Source of the DNA: Octopus bimaculoides
Taxonomy: Eukaryota
Reading direction: 5' to 3'
DNA length: 64,000 bases
Assembly (NCBI RefSeq): GCF_001194135.2
Contig: NC_068995.1
Location: forward strand, 38,881,692 to 38,945,691
The notes below the pieces were generated by a model. It saw only the letters and a list, made by a program, of their open reading frames with translations. It ran no database searches and was not told the DNA's origin. Made by a program: the position numbers and the translations under genes. Shown in pieces: positions 1-12,966 of this stretch (the first letter of the stretch is position 1; the number at the start of each line of letters is the position of its first letter).

Positions 1-613
1 CAATACCGCATCACTGCTTGGCTCGGTGAGAGCATAGCGTCATTTTAGATTTCTATATACATATATATGAAAATACATACAAAAATAAGAGGAATGACCA
101 GCAGAAGTGGACTCCTATATGCTAGAAATAGATGCCGAATCATCTAACCACGAAACAAAAATATATATGTTCTCAGTAAACATTCAGTGACAAAACAGAT
201 TGTAAAAGGGCAAGACAAATGAAAGGTGTTAGCAAGTTGAAATGTGTATTGGCTCTGTCCCATCGCCTTGGCTTATAAGTTACCGGCGATGTGGTTTTCA
301 GAGTATGCCACGTTACATTAAATGTTTCCCCACTGAAGTTGTGACCGCTATATTTTACTTATAAAACAATATGTTCTTACTATCACATTTTAAATTTCTA
401 GATATGAAATTGTGACCATGTAAAATTCAAAATGTAATTTTTATCTAATTTTATCTAATTTTTATCTAAGATGGAAAACTAAGTGAGAAGATGTATTTTA
501 TGGATGCTGTGTATTAAGTCTATAAATTTATGTATAAATTATAAAAATAAAGTGCATTAAGTAATCATCTTATTCCAATTTCGTTCACTTTTCAATGACA
601 AGCACTCGTTTGG

Positions 614-994
614 TTGGCACTCCGTCGGTTACGACGTCGGGGGTTCCAGTTGATCAGATCAACAGAGCAGCCTGCTCGTGAAATTAACGTGCAAGTGGCT
701 GAGTACTCCATAGAAACCTGTACCCTTAACGTAGTACTTGAGGATATTCAGCGTGGCACAGAGTGTGACAAGGCTGGCCCTTTGAAAAACAGGTACAACA
801 GAAACAGGAAGAAAAAGTGATGGAATGTTGTGGTGAAAGAGTACAGCAGGGTTCGCCACCATCCCCTGCCGGAGCCTTGTGGAACTTTAGGTGTTTTCGT
901 TCAATAAACACTAACAACGCCCGGTCTGGGAATCGAAAACGTGATCCTACGACTGCGAGTCCGCTGCCTAACCACTGGGCCATTGCACCTCCAC
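614..994 (-). mobile_element. tRNA-derived SINE, full length (octopus OK-like family)
   Basis: Minus strand begins GTGGAGGTGCAATGGCCCAGTGGTTAGG (A box) ... TTTCGATTCCCAGACC (B box). Its 3' part (614-790) recurs in the SINE at 12.8-12.97 kb. The family name is from recollection of octopus SINEs. Confidence 0.85.
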
Positions 995-1842
995 ACAATG
1001 ACTAGCAGATGAACGACTATCTATTAATACAGGCATAACATAGGCTACGTTCTCAGGTGTTTTGAATAACGTTTTCAGGTATTACCCAGTAGGTTTCCTA
1101 TAAATTCCGTGAAATATTCACGGGTCCCGCTAGTTAAAATGATCATTATTAAAGAGTCGAATCGACAGAGTTGTTACTACACTGGACAAATGTTTAGAGG
1201 CATTTCGTCAACTTTTCCTTTGACTCAAATTAAGCCGAGGTTAACTTTGATTTTCATTATTTTGAGGTGAATAAAATAAGTACAAGTCAAGTACTGAAGT
1301 ACAGGAAATCAAGTACCTACACCCACAGTAAAAAAAATACAGGCCGTCTGCGTGTTGTAGAACGGATTATATGATATCATTATTGAGTGTGTTTAACGCA
1401 GCCTATGCCTACTACCACTTGAAATATTAATTTCCACTACCCTCTTACATCAGTTTATATTTTACTTTGATTTTCGTGTGTTTTACATGTTTATGTTTTC
1501 TGTTTTGACTTCTACGCAGTTGGTTGTCTCTGTTTGACTCTTCATTTTATTATCCCATCGTCTAAACCAGTGTTTTTTAGTTCATGGTCTACTTGGAATG
1601 TTTAATTTTTCTCACGGTCCCCAGATATTATTGATGAAACGAATCAATTAGTTTTGTAATAAATGGTTAATAGTAAAAACAAATCACATTTAAAAACCAT
1701 TAAATGTCTAATAAAATTAAAATTTGTGAAATTTATGAAATGCTTACGAAATTTGAAATATTAATCTCGTTAAACTAACTCTATCGTCGTGAAATATATG
1801 TCTATCATTATTACGTCTATCATTATGGTGTCCTAACGTGAA

Positions 1843-2130
1843 GGCTCATGTCTCAGTGGTTAGAGCATCGAGCTTACGATGGTGAGGTTGTGAGTTCGAA
1901 TCCCAGACCGGGGTGCATGTTGTGTTCTTGAGCAAGACAATTTATTTCACGTTGACCTAGTTCACTCAGCTGTCGAAATGAGTTACAACATCACAGGTGC
2001 CTAGCTCTATGGGCCTTTGCCTTTCCCATGGATAACACTGGTGGCGTGGAGATGGGCGACTGCTGGTCTTCCAGAAACAATGTTGCCCGGACTTGATGCA
2101 ATCATAGTCAGTCATGACCGAAGGGGGTCT
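1843..2130 (+). mobile_element. tRNA-derived SINE with CORE-like central domain
   Basis: A box TCTCAGTGGTTAG and B box GAGTTCGAATCCC, then TGTGTTCTTGAGCAAGACAATTTATTTCACGTTG...CACTCAGCTG...AAATGAGT, which is shared with copies at 12.7, 30.1 and 47.4 kb. Confidence 0.8.
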
Positions 2131-2394
2131 AAGCAATATGGTGTCCTACATTCTAGGCCTCTGTCTGCAATCCAGTTGTCGATGTAAGCTTGATGACGTT
2201 TCATATGAATTCATTTCTGTGAATATGTAAACTTCAACAATATGGGATGAAAACAATTGTTCAACAAAATAAACATTTAGAAAATCAGTCTTGTTTCCTA
2301 TAATTAAAGTAGAGAACTGCAAAATACTAAATTATATCATATTGCAATGAAAAATGCAGGCGCATGCATATTAATATTATTAAGTTGTCAAGTC

Positions 2395-2622
2395 GGCGAA
2401 CTAGCAGAAATGATAGCACGCCGGGCGAAATGCTTAGCTGTATTTCAGCTCTCTTTACATTCTAAGTTCAAATTTCAGCTGTCTTTACATTGTAAGTTCA
2501 AATTCCGCCGAGGTCGACTATGCCTTTCATCTTTTCGAGGGCGATAAATTAAATACCACTTGCATACTGGGTCGATCTAATCAACTATAAAATTTCGGGC
2601 CTTGCGACCAGAGTACAAAGGA
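2395..2622 (+). mobile_element. SINE, Meta-domain-like family (copy 1 of a tandem pair)
   Basis: GGCGAACTAGCAGAA...AGTTCAAATTCCGCCGAGGTCGAC.ATGCCTTTCAT...GGGTCGAT; internal ~30-bp tandem duplication at about 2444-2505. Homologous copies occur at 25.3, 32.7, 33.2, 50.6, 58.7 and 63.5 kb. Confidence 0.8.
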
Positions 2623-2639
2623 ATATTTATTTTTAGGTC

Positions 2640-2825
2640 GTCGAAATGCTTAGCGGTATTTCGTCTGTCTTTACGTTCTGCGTTCAAATTCCGCCGAGGT
2701 CAGCCTTGCCTTTCATTCTTTCGGGATGTAAAATTAATTACCGGTTGCGTACCGGGTCGATCTAATCGACTGGCCCCCTCCCCCAAAATTTCGGGCCTTG
2801 TGCCTAGAGTAGAATATAATATTCT
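2640..2825 (+). mobile_element. SINE, Meta-domain-like family (copy 2, 5'-truncated)
   Basis: CGAAATGCTTAGCGGTATTTCGTC...GTTCAAATTCCGCCGAGGTC..GCCTTTCAT...GGGTCGATCTAATCGACT...AAATTTCGGGCCTTGTGCC, directly behind copy 1. Confidence 0.8.
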
Positions 2826-3103
2826 TAAGTTATTCCCCCTGGTAATATAGAAAACAAGATTTCTACAGTACAAATTGCTGATTCGTCCACTCTAGAGAAA
2901 ACTAAAATAACATTTTAAAATTTGAAATACGTTATATATGGTAAATTTGAAATAATATGTTTTCTTTATTGGGAGAATCTAAAAAAACATGTAAATCTTT
3001 AAAAAACATGGTACAGATATAATCAAAAATAAATTTAAATAGCAGACAATAACATTTTAAAAAATTCCTATATTCTATTAAAGCAAAAATTATAAAAAGT
3101 TTA

Positions 3104-3275
3104 TTAGGTTTTTCCAAAAATAAGCCCCTCCTATTTTAAACTTTAGGGCTTATGTTCAGGAATTCTTTTCATGTATAGCCCCAGCAATTTTTATTATTTT
3201 TACATAAAATCCATTTAAGCAAAATTATTGAAGTCTGTATTGAAGCCCAGGGGCTTACTTTTGGGAAAAGCAGTA
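3104..3275. mobile_element. MITE with terminal inverted repeats (Tc1/mariner-pogo-like ends)
   Basis: TTTTCCAAAAATAAGCCCCT (3110-3129) is the near-perfect reverse complement of AGGGGCTTACTTTTGGGAAAA (3249-3269). The right end finishes CAGTA, and a subterminal GGGCTTA lies at 3146. Confidence 0.55.
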
Positions 3276-4345
3276 TTTTACAAATATATATATATATATA
3301 TGTACAACCTACATACCTCCCATTTTACATAAACTTTCAAACCATTCGTCTAAATTGGATATCTACTTCAGATTTCTTCATTGTCCACGTTTTTTAAACA
3401 TATAAGCAGCATTATTATCTACATTAAATATAACTGTGGAATTTTATAATCTATTCCTGTATTCTACATGACTTACAATTACTTCCTGCATTTACATTTA
3501 TGAAAGTTGCTCCAATCTATGCGAAAATATCCATATTCCATACAATAGTCTCTGAGCAATGTCAGAGCGATTCCCGCTGCCACTTAATGCAAATCACACA
3601 TACAATTCCCATATGTACTATATGTAAATTGTTCAATTGACCTTCTCAATTTTAAACGTCTTGTTTCTCGATGGTACACTTTTTCTTTTCAAACAAATCT
3701 TGCAACGTTTAGTTTCCCTGATATAATATACCACTAACTTTCTCTTTTTTACACAGTCCTGTCCTGGTGTGTCATGTCTATCATATTCCCAGCAGTATCT
3801 CTATAGATATTGATTGAGTGAATATATTCCGTATTATTTACACTGTTTGTTTATGATGTTTTGATGTCATGATGTTATGATGTTATGATGTTTTCGGGAC
3901 CATTTTAAAATTATGTAGTTTACACATGATTCTGATTTTGATTGTTTAATCATGTTACTGATAAACCAATGCGAGTGTTTTTTTTTTTTTGTAGTTTCTC
4001 TGAAGTCTGCAAATGTATTTAGAAACGTGTTTAATTAATTCTTTTCTTTTCTACCACTTTTTTTCTGATGCTGTTTTTCTGACATACATTTTGACATTTG
4101 TCTGAGCCTGATAAATTTGTACACAAGTGTGTTTTAATACATCCCCCAAAAAATCTGTACCATTCATATAGTTTTGTTTGGCTTATAATAGCATGTTGGG
4201 ATGTGTTAACATGTGTCTAGTAAACTTGTTAGGAAGTGCCAAGCATCTCTTCATATGTGTTCAACGTCTCATAGGTTAACACGCTTTAGTTTGATTTCTA
4301 TACCCGGAATATCTCTGTTTATTTCCCCACTATGCAACACACACG

Positions 4346-4353
4346 CACACACA

Positions 4354-4397
<44 letters not shown>
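4346..4397. repeat. (AC)n/(AT)n microsatellite
   Basis: Direct inspection. Confidence 0.95.
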
Positions 4398-4398
<1 letters not shown>

Positions 4399-5518
4399 GT
4401 TTGTTACAGACACTATCACATCTTAAATTTTTTTAATTCATGAATTATTGCAGGCTTTTAATAAGTCTACACAGGAATGAAGTACGGAGAACAAAGGATC
4501 GTTAATCGGCTGCGTCGGCGCCCGCAAAAGCGCTCGACATGCACGGCGCGCTTCGCACCAGATAATGAACCACCACTCGGCGGTGGAAATAAACAGGTAC
4601 CTTTTTTGCATGATTTAGCACCTTGGCACGATGTATAATGATAGTGCATTAACATTAGGGATATGTTTTTATCAGGTGAATTAAGAGTACAATTTATCAT
4701 GTAACTATTTAAAAGCCACTATGCTGGCATATAATGAAGCAGCAATTTCCTAGAATAAATAGAAATTTCGCTGTTGTAAGACGACAAATGTCAACATCAA
4801 CTAAAATATTTCTTTCTCTATATATAGTCTGCTAAACAAGTATAGTTTACTTTTATTAAGCATAGTCTTCTAGTAAAATATAACCCGGTAGTCAAATATG
4901 GTCATTTGTTCTCTCACCGCAGAGATTTTAAATTGAAAACTACTTTACTGAAAACATTTCTCAAATATACTTCTATGTCTCTATGAATTTATGCATATAA
5001 TTTTGTTTATGCTAACGAAAGAAAAAAGGAGAGAGAGAGAAGTGTGAGGGTGTGAGTACGCGTGTATTTTGTATTGTCTTTGGTTGAGCTTGCTATTCTA
5101 ATACTGCGTAAAATATACTATTCAATGTGCCTCAGCTCTCTCAGATGTATAGCCATAAAGCTGCAAAATGACGCAATATTTATGACTTTAGACATTAGTC
5201 TATATAAATATTTTCTTTTAAAATTCTAGACCAAAGTTTAGAACTGATATCTGAAGCAGTCAGCTCAAAAATAATGAGCGAAATATCCAAATGAATACAA
5301 GAATTTTGTAATACAAATCAAGGAACATTTTTCACCATAGTTGATTGCTGTATCTATCGATTGTTATCTATGTAAATACTGACCTTCTCTGGTTATTATT
5401 TTCTCTATATATAAACATGCATCTCGTTTTATGCAATAACTATGAACACAAAGAGTTGCCTGCATCTGTTCAGTTGTTTGATCAGAGAAATAGGCATAAA
5501 TAAAACGTTAACTGCAAT

Positions 5519-5530
5519 CACACACACATA

Positions 5531-5572
<42 letters not shown>

Positions 5573-5600
5573 CACACACATACATACATACACATGCACA
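5519..5600. repeat. (CA)n/(CATA)n microsatellite
   Basis: Direct inspection. Confidence 0.95.
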
Positions 5601-7382
5601 CTCATGTGATTGTATGGAACAATATCAAGGAAATACTGCTTCAGCACAATTATACCTTATGCAACAGTAATGAAATGCATGGTGAAGGGGAAAATACATC
5701 AACAGAGAAAACAAAGCAATATAATTAGAAGTTAACTACACATAATGCCAAAACCCAAGAATACTTACACGTCATAAATGTCTCTTAGTCAACATAAAAA
5801 GGAATCTAAAGCATATATCTTGAAGTTATGTTGTATTGTACAGTACACGCAATACACAACGAAGTCATTGTGTATCATCTCGGTTGATATAACATTAGAA
5901 TACCCGATCTCCTCGGGAATCCGCTTCGATGTTATGGCCAGTTTGGAGACGTGGCGTACTCACATCTTTGTTGTGAAAGGATAATCAAACAGAAAGGAGG
6001 AGTAATTGCTTTTGAATTTGTATCGTTTTTTTTTTTAATTTCAATATGTTGGAAGATACGCAATTATTACTATTCTAACAATTTTCATATATGATCAGCA
6101 CATTTCGCATTATTCTACAATAAAAAAATGTGTTCTGTATATGCTTCGTACATATTTAGACCGTAAACTTCACTCCTTTCGTTTGGCACTCACTGGATTC
6201 ATTTACAGTTATAGTATTTAAGATATTTGTCGTGCATAGTCAGAGTATTACCAGATCAGTGTGTGCGATATTCCTGTTGATGATTTGAGGAAGAGTAATA
6301 TAATGGAAAATAAAAATTTAGCGACAAGTCTTTTTCTATACGTTTACTCTTGTTCTTGATTATGATTTTGTAGCCGACTGCATATTAGGGATTTAGGTGA
6401 GGTATCAATGCTCTAATCTTTTCTTAAATGTCATGTATATTGCGAATTAGATATCTTTTAATTTCATTATCCATAATAACCGTTATGCAATTTTATTGTG
6501 CATACTTCAGAACATGTGTATTTCGTAATACATAATCTAACACGTTTTCGTTTGGACAAGAGCTTTGAAATTGTCAAGACTTCTTGAAGTAAAAATCATA
6601 TAGGAAAGCATATATGTTAGTCGAAAGAACAGGAATAAAATAAGAAGACAAGTTTATCTATCTAGAAGCACATTCAGTTATTCTTGAAATATATCTAGGG
6701 CATGAAAAGTCACTGTTTCTCTCAGGTGTCAAAATCTCGTGCATTTTCTCCACGTAGTGCTAAGAATTTGACAGCAGTTACTGTTAAAAGACATACCATT
6801 TTACTTGTTTAAGAGATTGGTCCGTTATAGGAATGAAGTAAATCTTTTGAAGCTCTCATCATATATGTTTACGAATCAGGCAATCATGCTGAAGTGCAAT
6901 TTACGTTGAAGATGACAATTTTTTTTGTAAATAAAGGACCAGTTGATCTTGAAAGAAATACTATCTGGTGACCACTTTCCAGGCCAACAGTGACAACAAC
7001 ACAACAGCACAAAGTCCGAGTTTGTAAGAATGCGATCAAAATAAGCATTCCTTGCCATAAAGAAACCAGATAACATATTTTGTGGATATTCTTTATAAAA
7101 GCATTTACGTTTTATGTGGAATTTAAGTGAACTCCGCAGGATGTGAAATGGGGAGAGAATCAGTATTCTATAATATTTGTGCATTATTTTTTTAATATAA
7201 ATTTCGAAGTATCAAGATACTAGTCACTAAGTCGTCATGAGATCAGAATAAGAAGTGACTACATTATATATTGACACATATTGTGTAGCTTATGTTTAAT
7301 GCTTTTACTAATTTATCGGTAGTTTAGAAAGTTACAGTATATCGTTATGCAGAAATATGCAGTTACACGTTATCGTACGCTT

Positions 7383-7420
<38 letters not shown>

Positions 7421-7589
7421 NNNNNNNNNNNNNNNNNNNNNNNNNNNNNNNNNNNNNNNNNNNNNNNNNNNNNNNNNNNNNNNNNNNNNNNNNNNNNNNN
7501 NNNNNNNNNNNNNNNNNNNNNNNNNNNNNNNNNNNNNNNNNNNNNNNNNNNNNNNNNNNNNNNNNNNNNNNNNNNNNNNNNNNNNNNNN

Positions 7590-7629
<40 letters not shown>

Positions 7630-8209
7630 ATATAAAACATTTCCTCTATTCCTATACCTCTCTTTCTTTAAAGAAATTGCCATCGATAAGTATTGTCATT
7701 AAATGATATGAAGTATTTAAGTATATATATATATATTAATGAACTGACCAGACTATTGGCCATTAAAAAACGATTTAAGAATGAAACTAATTAACTGGTC
7801 GTTGAAGAATAAGATTTATGATTTCGACTTTTTCTTAGTGAAGATAATAATCCTCTTATGAACGAACATGGAAATCAGGAAGAAATTCAGTGCATTTTAT
7901 TAAATTCTGCTGAAATAGATGTTGAGATACTCAACTCATTAATTTTCTATTCTGTAAAATGAGATATTGAAAAAATATATACTATTGTCTGCCACTCCGT
8001 AAAACTTCCCCCACCACTAATACAAAAATTAATACTATTACTATTATGGCTACTATATAACTAAGAGGCAAAGGATATTCATTTGAGGAGGCGGATTCTA
8101 GTGCAGCCATGACAATATATTGTTTCTATGAGGGGGGGATGGTATTGAGTAAGAGCGTCTTTCAGTTAGAATCTCGATATGCAGCTAATAAATAATACTC
8201 GTAATTATG

Positions 8210-8210
8210 A

Positions 8211-8251
<41 letters not shown>

Positions 8252-8312
8252 GTGCTACTATTGGTGCTACTGCTGCTACTACTACTACTGCTGTTGCTGC
8301 TATTGCTGATGT

Positions 8313-8351
<39 letters not shown>

Positions 8352-8352
8352 G

Positions 8353-8415
<63 letters not shown>

Positions 8416-8430
8416 GCCACAACGACGACG
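8210..8430. repeat. (TAC)n trinucleotide microsatellite
   Basis: Long ACT/TAC run with GCT variants; the source of the poly-T/S/V/L pseudo-ORFs. Confidence 0.95.
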
Positions 8431-9777
8431 TCGATGACTATGAGAATGAGAGTAATTATCGTGTTGACGAGTAAGATATTCGTTGTGCTTATGATGTTTA
8501 CCTTCTTCGCTGGGTACAAGATATTTATAATTGCACAATAATTGAAAATGCAAATCAATGATGAACAATTCAACAAGGATATGACTTGGTACTGAATTTT
8601 ACATATAATATGCAGTGCATCTAATTCATCAACAATAAATTATTTCCTATTTACAGCAATATTAACTAACAAATGTATGTATGTGGGTGCGTATGTGTGG
8701 GTGCAGTTGTACAGACAGCCAGATAGATAAATAATAGAGAGAGGCAGAGACAGTAAATGCAGGATGGATACAGTTACTGTTTTTGCCAATAGGTTTGTGT
8801 AGCAACTCCTTTATGAGTTCAAACGTTTACCGAGAAATTCTTGTTCTTCTTTCTGTCATTTTATCTTGATTCTGTTTCCACCATGATTACGCTTAATTGC
8901 GTGTGAGTCTATATGTGTGTGTGTATAAATCTGGTTCATCACATTCCTCTTTCCCTTTCCGAAGTGTTTATCGGGACTATTTTCCGAATCGTGATGTGTG
9001 AAGTTCAACATTTACCAGGAATCCTTCCCACATTTTCATAACAGCTTATTCATTTGCGATAGTACGGTAACTATCAGTGATTAGCGATTATGAATGATAG
9101 TTATACTCAATCTCTTTACAGTTTAATCATGAAATTATGACTCAATTATTCAAAAGTTTCTGATCAATGACCTTATTTTCAAGGTAATTTAGCTTTTATC
9201 TTTTACTGCGAATATTCTGTGTCACTGACTTGAAATATTTTAGTCGAAAAATCAATCCCTCTTGTTATGTTTCATTAAATCCTGGCACTTATTCTATAGA
9301 CAATTTTAGGAATGTCTAAGGTATATAGAGGTAAAAAAAACCGGGGGTGTTTTAAAAACGTTGTAGGAGACAAGACAAATGATAAACGTACAATGATAAA
9401 CGTAGAGAGATGCGCACACACACACACACACACACATACACTCATATATATATNNNNNNNNNNNNNNNNNNNNNNNNNNNNNNNNNNNNNNNNNNNNNNN
9501 NNNNNNNNNNNNNNNNNNNNNNNNNNNNNNNNNNNNNNNNNNNNNNNNNNNNNNNNNNNNNNNNNNNNNNNNNNNNNNNNNNNNNNNNNNNNNNNNNNNN
9601 NNNNNNNNNNNNNNNNNNNNNNNNNNNNNNNNNNNNNNNNNNNNNNNNNNNNNNNNNNNNNNNNNNNNNNNNNNNNNNNNNNNNNNNNNNNNNNNNNNNN
9701 NNNNNNNNNNNNNNNNNNNNNNNNNNNNNNNNNNNNNNNNNNNNNNNNNNNNNNNNNNNNNNNNNNNNNNNNNNNNN

Positions 9778-9817
<40 letters not shown>

Positions 9818-9892
9818 GTATATATACACACATATGTTTACATACGCCGTACTTCCACGCAATTTTCCATTACCGAATTCCTTCATATGGTA

Positions 9893-9978
9893 ATGCTCTT
9901 GCCCAGTCTGCTCGTAGTGGAATGAACATTAAACCAAATGGTTTCAGACTAGTTTTCTAACCACACAGCCATGCCGGT
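9893..9978 (-). mobile_element. SINE head fragment (octopus OR-like family)
   Basis: Minus strand GGCATGGCTGTGTGGTTAGAAAAC...CCACTACG.GCAG.CTGGGCAAG, a degenerate match to the head of the 41.1 kb copy. Confidence 0.55.
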
Positions 9979-10811
9979 ACTAATAAATAATTACTCAGTT
10001 TATTATTATGAAATAATGCCAGCCAGTATGGGATTTTAGTATACTTCTTGAGATCTCCCAATGAAAAATGTTTAATATTCCTTCCAAAGAATATGGAAAT
10101 ATGCGAAAATTAGTTTATATTCAGTGGATATATTACACTGAATCGTTCCTGGGTGGCAGTTGCAGAAGGTCACTATATCTTTTGGATTTTTATCACCAGA
10201 GCCCATCATCCTTAAAATCATTTTCTCTATTCCAGAAATCTTTCGAAGATAAATGTCATTTCTTGGGATAATTTACATGTGATTGTTATTGATATTGTGT
10301 TCATATCATGTGGTATGCTGATTCGTTTCGACTGAATATCAATCTGATTATTTTCCTTTCAGCTGCACAGTCCAGATACCAGAGATGTGAAGGCCAATTT
10401 CTCGCTCTGTCTTGACAGTAACCGCTTTATTCCCTTTGTTATATCTGCAAAATGTTTTTTTTTAATATATTCCATATATCAAATGTGGCTGGTTATTTTC
10501 CCGTTACCATATAAGGATATTAAACTAAGTGGTCTTGTTCCATGATTCACAATTCCTTTTATTACTTTTCCAAATCCCCATTGGTACATTTTATTGCCCT
10601 GTCTTTCCCTCCCTTTTAATACCTTCTAGTTAAGCCTTAATATACTGAGATCGTATGGACTAAGCTCTAAACTAATACAATATAAAGAAATAACTCTAAG
10701 GTAATATATCGTTAAATCCTATAAGCACCAATTCGGGAAGTCTCTTATCAATACCAATCAGCCATTATAAAATATTATCTGATGGTATAGCTAATTTTAA
10801 TATGAAATATT

Positions 10812-11718
10812 TTGTCCAGTTGAGTTTGATGATAAGCTCCTTGAGGCATTACTTGAAGAATATCCTGCATTATCTATTGGAAAATTGGCAATAAAGCTGA
10901 GTTAAAACCATACAACTGCTCATCGTCATCTTGAACAACTTGGAAAGGTTCCTAAACTTGGAGAAAGGGTGCCTCATGAATTGTCCGAAATTAACCGCAA
11001 ATCCCGAGTTTACATCTGCTATTCTCTCCATTCTCATGAACTCATTTCACCCTTTTTGGTTAGACTTGTGACTGGTGACAAAAAATGGATCTTCTATCGA
11101 AATGTTAAACGTCGTAAACTGTGGCTTGGTAAAAGGAAAAAAAGCTCAACCACAAGCGAGACGGGAACTTCATGGGAAAAAGCTTCTCTCTATCTGGTGG
11201 GATTGCAAATGAGTAATTCATTTTGAATTGTTACCACATAATGCAACAATCAATGCCCAAGTCTATTGTCAGCAATTAGAGCGGAGCGTTTGAACCAAGC
11301 TTTGAAGAAAGAAAGACCCGCTTTAATGAATCGAAAATGAGTGATGTTTCATGAGGGCAATGCGTGACTCCACATTGCAAAGATCACATCACAGAAGATC
11401 GAAGAGCTCGGTTGAAAATAAATTCTTCATCCACCTTATTCTTACGACGTTGCTCCCTCAGACTACCATTTGTTTCGTAGTTTACAGAATCATCACTTTC
11501 GCAAGCCAGGAGAAGGTCGAAACTGACATTTCAGAGTTCTTCGCTTTGAAACCAAAAGAGTTTTTCATTGATGGGATTAAAAAGCTTGTAAATAGATCGA
11601 AAGAAGTCATAGACGATCAAGGAAAGTACATTGATGATTAAATTTCAATTAAATATAACATTTGATCACTTGTTTTCTTTATTCAAAATTCGGACAGAAC
11701 TTATGGGATGACCTGATA
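10812..11718 (+). mobile_element. mariner (DD34D, Hsmar1/cecropia-like) transposon remnant; transposase pseudogene with 3' TIR
   Basis: Translated motifs RVPHEL (WVPHEL), LVTGDKKWIFY (VTGDEKW) and HPPYSYDVAPSDYHLFRSLQN (YSPDLAPSDY), with several stops and frameshifts. The 3' end CGGACAGAACTTATGGGATGACCTGA is followed by TA. The 5' end is missing. Confidence 0.92.
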
Positions 11719-12077
11719 TTTTCATGTGTTTATCTGTGCGTACACGTGTGTGCAGGTATGTGTGTGTGGATGCCTGTGTATGTGTGTGTGTGTCTGTGAT
11801 AGAAGGAAAAGGAACAGTATATTTCAATAGTGCAACCAAGCAAGTCTTATACATAAAATGGATATTCTAGGTGTTGGTGGTGGATATTATATGCACTGTA
11901 ATATGATGCACTGTAATATAAAGGCCTCTGGTAGCCATTAACATAGACTGATACTACTCTCTTCAGGATATGTTTAGCAATCATACTCTCAAGGATACGG
12001 TATTAACTGTTTACACTGCCATTTTAAATCTGTAATACTTACCGATTTACACTAACCACAGTTAATTATGTTCTTAC

Positions 12078-12111
12078 CCCAGGATTTGCGCCAGAACAGA
12101 TCAAAAACTTC
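12078..12111 (-). CDS. candidate internal exon C of an unidentified gene (M|KFLICSGANPG)
   Basis: Acceptor GCTGATTTTTCAG| and donor |GTAAGA; 34 nt, phase 2 to 0, compatible with candidate exon B. No recognised homology. Confidence 0.28.
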
Positions 12112-12684
12112 CTGAAAAATCAGCTTCTCCGATTTTTATTTACTCTCATATCTAGGTACACTACTATTTAGTATTTATTAAATTTCTGATAATTGTCTTT
12201 TCATCTAAGAGCACTGATGTTTTTCACTGAAAGCTTTTAAATTGTTGGTTGATTAATTTCTATTCTCTTGTTTCATTACCCACTCACCTTAGCATAATGC
12301 TTAATTTATTTGCCAAATTCTGTTACAGGGAATAGAAATAATTTTGTTTGCATGCAACAAGCAATACCTGAGTGTTCCACCAGAACAATAATGATATTTC
12401 TTTGTGTTTTGATTTCTTTAATACTTGCGTAACTTAAATATACTACTTAGAAGTTATTGGGTGTGTATATAACCCACAGTTAATGCACCAGAATGAAAGA
12501 TAATTACTCTTATGTAAGGCGATATTAGTGTTTACTTCACATTAGCATTTAATGTAAGCTATTCAATTATTGGCAACTTCTAGCGGAGTTTAGGAATGAA
12601 ATCATGTGCGTGAACGTTTCATTAAGAAAACACTCCAATGTATGTATTGAGGCATATTAGAAAAAGTACGTTTCTAAGTGATGT

Positions 12685-12966
12685 CTAAGTGGTCGTATGG
12701 TTGTGAGTTCGTTTCCGTCGGTGCCTTGTGTTTTTCAGCAATAGCTCTCTATTTCACAGTTTCCCAGTCCACTCAGCAGCCAAAAACGGGTTGCAAGACA
12801 AAGGACCAGCCTTGCCACATTCTTTCACGCTGAATGCTAATGAGAACTATATTAAGAATATGCATGTCTGTGGAGTCCTCAGCCACTTGCAAGCTAATTT
12901 CACGAACATGCTGTTCCGATGATCGAATCAACTGGAAGAATTTTCGTCGTAACTGATGGACTGCCC
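12685..12966 (+). mobile_element. chimeric SINE: CORE-like body plus OK-like 3' tail
   Basis: GAGTTCGTTTCC B box and ATTTCACAGTTTCCCAGTCCACTCAGC (CORE-like), followed by CCAGCCTTG.CAC...AGCCACTTGCA.G.TAATTTCACGA.CA.GCTGTTCC...AACTGGAA, homologous to 614-790. Confidence 0.75.

Noticed and set aside
1568-1625. CAGTGTTTTT... as a hAT-type TIR
   Set aside because: No partner TIR or 8-bp TSD found by eye.
3450-3760. Cys-containing minus-strand frames (KRCKICLKRK; AAGIALTLLRDYCMEYGYFRIDWSNFHKCKCRK)
   Set aside because: Short, interrupted by stops, and not assignable to a family; splice borders are ambiguous.
5760-5990. Minus-strand frame SKRIPEEIGYSNVISTEM... near a GTAAGT
   Set aside because: A stop occurs before the donor, and there is no recognisable homology.
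8179-8576. Poly-T/S/V/L ORFs, and likewise 20247-20474, 60084-60515 and 62925-63368
   Set aside because: Translations of trinucleotide microsatellites that are open in several frames.
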